Shown here in pieces: positions 48,189 through 57,800 of a DNA stretch of 59,930 nucleotides. Below the pieces are notes generated by a model that saw only the letters and a list, made by a program, of their open reading frames with translations, was not told the origin of the DNA and made no database searches. Each line of letters starts with the position of its first letter. The stretch's first letter is position 1. The translations under genes and the position numbers were made by a program. Origin of the DNA: a virus (lineage: Duplodnaviria; Caudoviricetes); IMG/VR virus record IMGVR_UViG_3300021962_000115, positions 1 to 59,930 of that record; one strand, given 5' to 3'.

Positions 48189-51100
48189 TAACACAAATGA
48201 AGGTATAAGCCCTCTAGATAACTTAGGGTCAAGTTTTGGAGGTCTCAATCTTCCTAACACTCCTCAGGCTATGCAGCCATTTGAAGGAGATAGAATCAAA
48301 ATGGATGAAATTAACTTTCCAAAACCTGATTCTTTTAGACCAATACAACCAGCTTTTGACAGTCTTAGTCAAGAACAACTTAATGTAAAAAGAAATTTTG
48401 TAGGCAATGCACCTGGAAAGACTGGTGCTCCAAAGGGTACTGATATATCAGATGTAATATCAGCTATTGGTTCTAATCTAACAGCAACTCTAAAGACCAG
48501 TCAAGATAAAAATACTTATGGTAGAATCTATCAATATAACTCTGGTCCAGATAGTAATGCATTCTATAAGAGATATGCTGCATATGGGCAAGAGAAATTT
48601 GATAAAATTGGTTTTACTCCCCTTAGAGATAATGAAGCTACCTTTAACGCTAATACAACAGGATGGGATGACTTTAAAAGAATGATGCAATACTCATTCA
48701 TTCCACTTGTTGGACATGGTTTTATTGCAGGTCCTAAGAGTTTAATAAATGCATTAGGTGGTGATTTTGGTGGAGATCTAGATGAAGCACGTGCATATGA
48801 AGAAGCTACAGCAATTGGATACTCATCAAAAGGTGGTGTAGGATCATTCTTTAACAATGCTCTAATGAACTTTGGGTACACTGCTGGTATTATTACAGAA
48901 GTGCTTGCTGAAGAAGCTCTCTTAGGTGCTATTACTGGATTAACTGGTGGAGCAACTGGAGCCCTAGCAGCTACAAGAACAGGTGCTAACTTAGCAAGAA
49001 TTGGTAAGGGCTTTGCGCAAACCTTCTACATGGACAGATTTGCAGCACAGTTAGGAAAAGCAGTAACCAGTCTTAAGAATACAACAGCAGCAAGAAATTT
49101 CTGGAAAGCTGCAAACAGTCCTGCAGGTAGATTTTTTAATCCACTTACAAATACATTTGAAGCTGTAGGAAATATATCTAAGATTAGTAAGTTTGATAAC
49201 CTTACAGGCCTAGCAAAACTTTCTAAAACAGCGGGAGGTTTTTATGCTGATGTAAGAAGACTCAATGCTGCTTTTTCTGAAGCAAGATTAGAAGGTGGTC
49301 TTGTAGAGAACCATGTGTATGATAATCTCTACAATGAATACTGGGATAAAAACGGCAAAGCTCCATCTAATGATGAAGAATATCAGATGCTGAAAATGGC
49401 AAAAGATGCTTCTAAAGAAACAATAGGTTGGAATACAGCTCTAGTGTATCTCTCTGAAGGTCTTGTGTTTAATAATATATTTACCCCTAAGGGTGGTATG
49501 CGTAGACTTCTTGCTGGTAAAACAGAAGAACTCATGCAACTTGCTGAGGGTAGACTTGTTGCTGAAGTAGGTACAAAAGCTGGAACAAAAGCTCAAGAAG
49601 TTACAGCAAAATATATCAAAAACTCTTTTAAAGAATCTTGGAAAAAGTTTAAAGCTGCTCCAGTTAGATCTACTCTTAAAGGTATTGGGACATATGCAAA
49701 AGCAAATTTTGTAGAGGGTCTCCAAGAAAATGCTCAAGAGACAATTGCTCAAGCAACAGAAACTTATTACAAAGATCTTTATAACCAAAGTGAAGCTCTA
49801 AGGAGTCACATGTTTGCTAGAGCTGCTATGACAAACGGTATGAGAAGTAAGTTCTCATACTATTCAGATGCTTGGGCTGAACAAAATCCACTTACTGAAA
49901 AAGGATTTGAAACCTTTGCTACTGGTTTTGTTATGGGTATATTTGGTGGTGGTCTGAATATGGTTCCTGGATTTGTATCTAAGGGATACAATAAAATCTT
50001 TGATCCAGCTGAATATAAAAAGTACTATGATAAAAAACATAAGTATGGAGAACAACTAGCACAAACTCTAAACGACAATTTATTCAAAGATCCAATGAAG
50101 TTCTTTGATGAGAAGTTATTTAATCTTGCAGTTCAAGATGTAGCTGGTAAACAAAAACTATCAGGTTCAAGAAAGCAAGTTATTGATGCTATGACTGATG
50201 ACTCAATGACAACTGCTATTCTAACTGCTATTAATACAGGAACTCTTGGTGCATTTAAATCACAATTAAACTCATATAAAGAACTTACTGATGTTGAATT
50301 TGAAGATGCTTTTAAATTAGAAAAGGGTGAAGGAGCAAAGAGAAAAGCTAAAATTGATTCAGTTCTACAAAGAATGGATGAAATTGAAGCAGACCACAAG
50401 GAATACAATGATAGATATCCAGATCCAATAGATCTCTCAGGTTATAAGAAAGGTACAGAAGCTTACAATAAAGCTGCTATATATTTATCTGCATGGCAGA
50501 GATCTAGAAACAATGCTATATTCCTAGGTCAGACATTTAAAAATGCTAAACTTAGAAGGGATGATATTAGAAAACTATTAGGTACTAATAAGCCATTATC
50601 AAAAATGACTGATACTGAGCTTATGGTTCTATTAGATACTGATAGACTACCTTCTGAAATTGGTATTCTTGAAAATGAAATTGCTGCAGGTAAAGATGTA
50701 CTATCTGCAAAAGAACTTGCAAAGAAACAACGGAAGTTGGATGCTCTAAAAAACTTTAGAGATAAGGTTGAGTACTTCTATAAATATGATAATGCTGAAC
50801 TAGAAGGCCAGATATCTAGTCTTAGAGAGCAAGGTAGATTTAAAAATGTTAGAGATGATGAGGGTAACCTCATTGATGAACAAGAAGCAGAGGAGATAAC
50901 AAGAGATATTATCCGTAAGCAACTTAATATAAAAGAAAGATCTGATAGGAATACTACTCAAGCTGAATCAGAATTAGAACTTGCATACAAAGACTATTTA
51001 AAAGCACTAGCAGGTTTAAATAATGATGAGTACTTAGACAAAAATGCTGACAAAGCTTTTGAAGAACTTCTTGATAACTATAAACTAGGTAGAGAAGCTT

Positions 51101-54100
51101 CAATTCTAAACAAGCATGTAAACCTGTTATATGATCCTAATGAGTTTATGAAACATGTAGAGAGAAACTTTGCATGGATGTCAGACACTTATAACAATAG
51201 AAAAGAATACTTTGATTCTCTTGTCAACCAGGAGCTAGATAACATTGAACTCAATGCTCTACTAAACGTACTTGCAAATGATAATGTATATGTAAGTCCA
51301 GAAGCTCTATATGAATTTAAGAGAAGTGGAAGAATTCCAACTGAGTTCTTTGATGCAAGTAGAAATATGGTAATACAACCTGGAAGTCTTGAGTACAATA
51401 AATACGTACTAATATTCCAGAATGCTCTTAGATTAAAAAATCTTGATCCAAAAGCAAAAACAAATACCAATGAAAAACTATTCTTACAGCTGAACCAATT
51501 ACATGCTGAAGAACAAAGAGAGCTAAATGCTCTACCACAAAAAGAAGTAAGAGAAGAAAAAGCTAATCTAGATATGCTAGGTAAGCAAACAGTATTATTA
51601 TCTGAAATTGCAAATCAATTAGCTGATGGTGATACACTATCTGCATTCTATTTAGATAATGGTCAACCAAGAGAAATACTTATATACAAGGATGGTGATG
51701 TCTTCAAAGCAGATAACAAAGAGGGAGCTGAAATCAATGTAGAGTCTGTTCAATTTAAACTAATAGACGGTAAGATATTTACAACTAAACAAATTCCTGC
51801 TGATCCTATTGCAGCTCAAAAAATTAAAAATGAGTATGCACAGAAAAGAGAACAAGCTATAAGAGCTGCTATTGATGAGGTAAAAGAAACTCCTGAGTCA
51901 ACAGTTAAAGACTTTGTTCCATTCACAGAACTCACTCCACTTGATGAAATGGATGAAGCTCTATATAAAGATCTACAATTACTATTCAATACACACATAG
52001 AAAAAAATAATCTTGAAGAAGAATATGGTAATCTATCAGATGAAGCTGTAAAAGAAAAGTTTCAAGAATTTGTTAGAGATAGTAAAGAGGCTAAAGAAGC
52101 CATTGAGGAATATAACTCTAAAGCAAAAGCTGAAAACCTTGAAGCAAAAGCTGCAAATGTTAAAGCACCTTCTATCTATGTTAATGATGTTCTAGTTGAC
52201 ATGAGTACAGTCAGTCTAGAAGAAGCAAAGAGAGTTCTTGCAGATTTAGAGAAACAATATGATGCAAAAAAAGATAGAGACCTTTCCAATGAGGAAAGAG
52301 AACAACTACTTATTGATGAACTTCAGATAACTGAACTAAGAAAGTATATTGAAAGTGTAGAGGCTTTAGAAGTAGATGAAGCTACTGGTGAAAAGAAAGC
52401 CAAAACTGAGTTAGAAGAACTTGCAGCTGAAACTGCTAAACGCAGAAAACTAGCTGAACAAGCTCTACAAAGAAGAATAGACTTAGTTGAGGAGAAGAGA
52501 AAACTAATTGAAATAGAGGAGTCCAATATAAAAGATACCCTAGACTATTTAGAGCAATTACTTGATAATACTGTTGAACTAACAGGAGTACAGGTTGAAG
52601 ATCTCATAAATAAAATTGCACAATTAGATAAGACAACTGCTCAACTCTTAAAATCTAATCAGAAGAAACAATCAGGTAAGATAAAAGAGAGATCTAGATT
52701 ATATAAACAACAACTGAGAAGAGAATTTGCTCTATTAAATGATATCATGAATAGAGTACGTGAACTAAAACAGGAACAAGCTCAACTCAATGCAATTAAA
52801 AAAGATCTTAAGAAACAAGCAGATTACTATAGAAACTTATTAGCTGATCCTAAGTTTGATCTATTTACTAAAACTGACATCCGAAATAAGATCCAAAGAA
52901 TTGAAAAGAAAATAGGAACTATTCAAAGACTGATTGAGATCCTAAGGAATGCCATTGCTAGTTCTGTTGAATATATGAAAGAATATCTTTCTATATGGAA
53001 GACTCAAAATGCTGCTCTCAATAAAATTAAAAACTCTGGGTTTAAAGAACTTAGTAGAGAAGAGTTTGATGCTCTTGTAAAAGCTGTAGATGAAACTAGT
53101 AAACAGGAACTAGAAGATCATTTTGAAACTAAGAGAATGCTGGCTCAACTGGAAAGAGATATCAATGAAAGCATGGACAATGTAGAATTCATTGATGCTG
53201 TAAGGGAGCAAGAGCAGAATAGAATGATGCAACTTGAAGGTGCTATACAAAAGTACCAAGATCAAGTAAGATATCTATATGATCTTCTTGAACCGGTTGC
53301 TGGAGAAGCTGTCTCTGAAAAATTAAGTAGTGAGGGTCAAAATGGTCCTGTTCCAACAGAAGTACGTACACAAACTGTAGAGGAGTTATTTGAACAAGAA
53401 GAAAAGAAAACTATTCTTTCTACATTCTCTCTTGCTGATATTGCTGATCTTGATAATGCTTTAACAAGTGAAAGGGTTGGTAGACCACTTACACCACAAG
53501 AAGAAAAACTTGAGTCAGTAAGGTCCATTATAAAAGATGTATTAAGAAATGCATCATTTATAAAACTATCAGAAGATGGTAGCAAGTATGTAAATACTAA
53601 AACTGGAAAAGAATATCAGCGTGTAACAAGTTATACTAAAGAAGAAGATATTAAAGATCCTATTCTACCAAATGAAAGTATAGAAGAATACAGAAAGAGA
53701 TTAACAGACCAGGGTTATTCACCTAAAGATGTTAATAGAAAACTTGTGATGGCTTCTTCTCAAATTATTGGTAATAAGGTAGATGACTTCATTAGAGACT
53801 TCTTCTCTGGTAAAGTAAAGGATATTTCTAAATATAACTTTGCACCGGTAGAAGAAATTGAAAAACTTAAAGCTAGACTAGAAGAAATCAAAAAGAACCT
53901 TGATGCAAAAGGTGAAATAGTTCTTGCTAATAATGTTGTACTATATAATGATGATCTTGGTGTTGCAGGCACTGTGGACTTATTAACTTTTGATGTAAAT
54001 GGAGACGTAAGAATCTATGACATTAAAACAATGAGAGGTAACCAATTTGCTGAAACATATGCTGGGGATACAAAAGTTAAATATGAATCTAATAACTTTG

Positions 54101-54858
54101 GTAAGAGTAATCGTCAGAAACATACTGAGCAACTATCACTATACAGAATTCTATTAAATAATACTCATGGTCTAAAAGCTAAAATGTTGGCTATCATGCC
54201 AATAGCTCTTGACTATGCTGGTGGAGATACATCTAGTAATTCAGTTGATTTACTAAAAGGACTTGAGATTATACCTCAAGATGCTGTAGGTAACGCAGTA
54301 TTAGTAGAACAAAAATCTACTGTTGAAAATGTTCAAGATTCACCACAAGCAACTACAGGAATTAAAGTAGCAACTGATATACAAAAAGAGCTCAGACAGC
54401 AATTAAATCAAATGGGTTACTCAAATACTACAATTGACTTACTACCCAAAGCAGAAATTGAGTATATTATAAGAAACGGAATTCCAAAAGAGCAATATGC
54501 TAATAGAATTGTTACTGACACATTATCTGATGAGAATGGACACTTCTGGGCACTCAAAGGAGATCCTGTAGTTATAAAATCTATTACAGATAAGGGTGTT
54601 AATATAGGAAAAGTTAATAGAAATAGTAGTATCTTTATTACTTTCAAACAGTTACAAGATTCAACAGAAATGAGCACAGCAGTTAAACCTAAAGCACCTG
54701 TTGCAAAAGCAACTCCAGAACAACAAACCATTCTGAAAGAAAGCACTGATCTAGCACAAGATGTTATTAAAAAAGAAATTAATAATACAGAAGATAGAAT
54801 TAAAGATGCTAAACTAGAAGAATTAGAGAATACTTTATTTAATACAGAAATCTGTTAA
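48178..54858 (+). CDS. giant ejection protein with membrane-like segments, long coiled coils and a C-terminal PD-(D/E)XK nuclease domain
   Basis: 2226 aa; Gly/Ala hydrophobic segments, EGLQENAQ motif; AGTVDLL..IYDIKT..QLSLY near the C-terminus. Confidence 0.7.
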   Translation: MATDNTNEGISPLDNLGSSFGGLNLPNTPQAMQPFEGDRIKMDEINFPKPDSFRPIQPAFDSLSQEQLNVKRNFVGNAPGKTGAPKGTDISDVISAIGSNLTATLKTSQDKNTYGRIYQYNSGPDSNAFYKRYAAYGQEKFDKIGFTPLRDNEATFNANTTGWDDFKRMMQYSFIPLVGHGFIAGPKSLINALGGDFGGDLDEARAYEEATAIGYSSKGGVGSFFNNALMNFGYTAGIITEVLAEEALLGAITGLTGGATGALAATRTGANLARIGKGFAQTFYMDRFAAQLGKAVTSLKNTTAARNFWKAANSPAGRFFNPLTNTFEAVGNISKISKFDNLTGLAKLSKTAGGFYADVRRLNAAFSEARLEGGLVENHVYDNLYNEYWDKNGKAPSNDEEYQMLKMAKDASKETIGWNTALVYLSEGLVFNNIFTPKGGMRRLLAGKTEELMQLAEGRLVAEVGTKAGTKAQEVTAKYIKNSFKESWKKFKAAPVRSTLKGIGTYAKANFVEGLQENAQETIAQATETYYKDLYNQSEALRSHMFARAAMTNGMRSKFSYYSDAWAEQNPLTEKGFETFATGFVMGIFGGGLNMVPGFVSKGYNKIFDPAEYKKYYDKKHKYGEQLAQTLNDNLFKDPMKFFDEKLFNLAVQDVAGKQKLSGSRKQVIDAMTDDSMTTAILTAINTGTLGAFKSQLNSYKELTDVEFEDAFKLEKGEGAKRKAKIDSVLQRMDEIEADHKEYNDRYPDPIDLSGYKKGTEAYNKAAIYLSAWQRSRNNAIFLGQTFKNAKLRRDDIRKLLGTNKPLSKMTDTELMVLLDTDRLPSEIGILENEIAAGKDVLSAKELAKKQRKLDALKNFRDKVEYFYKYDNAELEGQISSLREQGRFKNVRDDEGNLIDEQEAEEITRDIIRKQLNIKERSDRNTTQAESELELAYKDYLKALAGLNNDEYLDKNADKAFEELLDNYKLGREASILNKHVNLLYDPNEFMKHVERNFAWMSDTYNNRKEYFDSLVNQELDNIELNALLNVLANDNVYVSPEALYEFKRSGRIPTEFFDASRNMVIQPGSLEYNKYVLIFQNALRLKNLDPKAKTNTNEKLFLQLNQLHAEEQRELNALPQKEVREEKANLDMLGKQTVLLSEIANQLADGDTLSAFYLDNGQPREILIYKDGDVFKADNKEGAEINVESVQFKLIDGKIFTTKQIPADPIAAQKIKNEYAQKREQAIRAAIDEVKETPESTVKDFVPFTELTPLDEMDEALYKDLQLLFNTHIEKNNLEEEYGNLSDEAVKEKFQEFVRDSKEAKEAIEEYNSKAKAENLEAKAANVKAPSIYVNDVLVDMSTVSLEEAKRVLADLEKQYDAKKDRDLSNEEREQLLIDELQITELRKYIESVEALEVDEATGEKKAKTELEELAAETAKRRKLAEQALQRRIDLVEEKRKLIEIEESNIKDTLDYLEQLLDNTVELTGVQVEDLINKIAQLDKTTAQLLKSNQKKQSGKIKERSRLYKQQLRREFALLNDIMNRVRELKQEQAQLNAIKKDLKKQADYYRNLLADPKFDLFTKTDIRNKIQRIEKKIGTIQRLIEILRNAIASSVEYMKEYLSIWKTQNAALNKIKNSGFKELSREEFDALVKAVDETSKQELEDHFETKRMLAQLERDINESMDNVEFIDAVREQEQNRMMQLEGAIQKYQDQVRYLYDLLEPVAGEAVSEKLSSEGQNGPVPTEVRTQTVEELFEQEEKKTILSTFSLADIADLDNALTSERVGRPLTPQEEKLESVRSIIKDVLRNASFIKLSEDGSKYVNTKTGKEYQRVTSYTKEEDIKDPILPNESIEEYRKRLTDQGYSPKDVNRKLVMASSQIIGNKVDDFIRDFFSGKVKDISKYNFAPVEEIEKLKARLEEIKKNLDAKGEIVLANNVVLYNDDLGVAGTVDLLTFDVNGDVRIYDIKTMRGNQFAETYAGDTKVKYESNNFGKSNRQKHTEQLSLYRILLNNTHGLKAKMLAIMPIALDYAGGDTSSNSVDLLKGLEIIPQDAVGNAVLVEQKSTVENVQDSPQATTGIKVATDIQKELRQQLNQMGYSNTTIDLLPKAEIEYIIRNGIPKEQYANRIVTDTLSDENGHFWALKGDPVVIKSITDKGVNIGKVNRNSSIFITFKQLQDSTEMSTAVKPKAPVAKATPEQQTILKESTDLAQDVIKKEINNTEDRIKDAKLEELENTLFNTEIC

Positions 54859-54861
54859 TCA

Positions 54862-57800
54862 ATGGCAATTACTTGTACACTTGGTCGTGATAATATTATT
54901 AAACTTTTAGATGCTGTCTACAAGAAAATGCTTACTGTTCCTGAGGGAGAGGTATTTAATGTAGATGAATATATAAACTATTTGTACAATGGTTTTGAAA
55001 AAGCACAAAGTAGAGATGTTGCATTACAATATATTCAACAAGTACCGTATGTTATAGGTGCTGTAGAAGCACAACTAGGTGGTGATCTCAAGTTAAATAT
55101 ACCAATTGAAAGACTTAGAGAAATAACAAGAGCTTTTAGAAATGCTGAGACAGGTTTAAATGCTATTGAAGAGTACCTAGGTCTTGCACCAATGACACCT
55201 GAGCAACTTCAAGCTAAAGCAAACTACACAGCAAATACACCAACTGGAACAGATGCGGAGCCAGTATCAGAAGGTAGAGCTACTGAGATAGGTGACATTG
55301 CTCTAAAAAGTAGGACTATATTCTCATCAACAGGTATTGAGTTTTTAACTCTTGACCCTAAAACAAAAACCGCAGAGACTGTAGAAATAATTGATAAAGA
55401 TAAACTTAGAATCTATAATACAATTTCTAGAATCTATAATGCTACATACAACTTTGATAGTACACTAGGTAATCCAGTGTATCAGGGTCAAGAAATAACA
55501 CTTGTTCCTGTTGCTCTAAACAAACTACCAGCAGATCAAATGACTGATGAGCTTAGTGCCCTGTTGGCTAAAATGAACGCTATTAATAAACAGGGAACAG
55601 GTACAGGAAAAGTATCCCTTCCAAGTGAAGTATTCTTGTTAGTAGTTTCTGATAGAAGTGGTAATCCAATTTACTTTAATGAAGTAGGAGATATAACAGA
55701 TAAAAAAACCGGTAAACTAGTTTATCAAACACTAAGAGATGTAAGAGAAACTAAAGATGGTTATGCTGTAACCAACATGTACGGTTATGAAAAGATAATC
55801 ACTCCAGCTGAAGAAGCTAATCTCCGTTATAAAGAAATGGGATATACTTCAAAAGTTGACTATGAAAAACAGACTGGAAAATCATTTAAAGATTTAATTG
55901 AAGAAGTAAGATTACAACAACAAGAAGAAGCTAAACAACTCTTTAATCTTAGACAAAAACTAATTAAAGGTGAGAAGTTTAAACTCACCATTACAGGTGC
56001 AAGTAGAGGTGTTTCTAATAAATCTATAAAAGAAAATATTAGACTAGATCAAATAGATTCTTTCTACGCAGAACTTGCAACTGAAATCTTAAATAGTATT
56101 AGGATACTAGATACGCCAGCATACGGTCTTAAACAAGGAGAAGCATATATTATGCTTGGAGAAGGTATTGATCAAATTTATGCTCTAGATAGAGCTGATG
56201 TCAAGCAAGAACTTGCTGATAAGATTGGTCAGATACTAACTTCAAATGATCTCTCAGCAGATGAGAAGTTCAAACTTTACTCACAGTTTTATGCTGAGGA
56301 AATAGTTGATGTACCAGATAAAACAAGAAGACACCAAGTATACTTTGATAAAGATACTGGAGTTCTAACATTTGAGTACTATGAGTTTACTAAACAAGAA
56401 ATGGATGCAAAGGGCATCAGTCTAGAGAATAATCCAGTTAAACAAATTGATTTAACTTCTCCAAGAGAAGGAGCCCTTAAGGATATAGTTTATGTTCTAA
56501 TGCATGGTAAATCATCTGCAAAAGGTAAGAGATACCCTGCAAAGTTTGACTATAGTAGAGATCTAATCAAGCAAGGTACATACTCTGATTATGTAAATGG
56601 TGAGATTGTAGAAAAGAGCTACCATGAGTTCTTAAAACAACAGGGAGCAGAAATTTTCTTAGGTAAGAAAGGTGGTCTACCACTATTCAACTCTTACATT
56701 AAGTTTGCTGCACCCAATACTATAGTAGCTGAAGTTGCAGGTACTAATGAGGAACCGGTTGATAACAGATCTGAGATACGTAAGTTTAAGGACAAAATGG
56801 TGGAGGAGATCTTGTTTGCACCAGAAAAATCTATTAAAGCTAAAGTTACTGATGTAACTCCAATACAATCAAATGGACCAACTACCTATAACTATAATGT
56901 AACTATTGAAGGTCAAGAAGGCACACATAGATTCTATGGTGCACAGGCTAGAGTAGATGTAGGTGATACTTATTATCTAACAGTTGAAGATGTTATTGAT
57001 AATGGTTTCTTATATAAAGATGTTGTAAAGGCTCGTGTAGAATCTCAAAAGAGTGGCATTCTTGATATGGGTTCTCTTGGTGAAACAGATTTTAAAACTA
57101 ATGAGCCTGCCAGAGAACCAATTCCTGTTCAAACTGTAACTGCAGCAAAAGAAGCACAAAAGGAAAGTTTAGATAAAGTTGAACCCTTTCCAAATACTGT
57201 AACTGAAGATCAAGCTGCAATGGGTGATGTAAATCTTACAAACCCACAGAACACTGCACAGCCTGAAGATGCTTCTGATATCAGTGATCTAATAGCTAGT
57301 TTTCAGTTAGAAAGATCTTCTAAGTTACCAAATGGAGTTACTGCAGCACAAGTAGAAAAAGCACTTGAATGGTGGAGTAACTCTCCACTTTCTCAGTATA
57401 TCAAACTTATACAAGCAGCTAACATTGTAAACTCTGATGTATATGCTAAGTTTGTAGCAGCTGGTGCAAGATTAATTACAGATAAAAGCCTTGACCTTGA
57501 TGGTAAACTAGGTGCTATCATAATTAATCCAACTACAGGTGGTACAATGGTTGACGGGTACCATGAAGCATGGCACGTTTTCTCTCAGTTGTTTTTAACA
57601 AAAGAAGAGAAAAGAGCACTATATGATGAAGTAAGAAAATTAAAACCTGAATATGCTAAACTATCTTCAAGAGAAGTTGAAGAAATGCTTGCAGAAGATT
57701 TTAGATCCTATGCTCTTAATCCAAAAGTAATTAAAGGTCAGACTAAAAGAAACACACTCTTCAGAAGAATTCTTAACTTCCTCAAGAAGTTATTTAGAAT

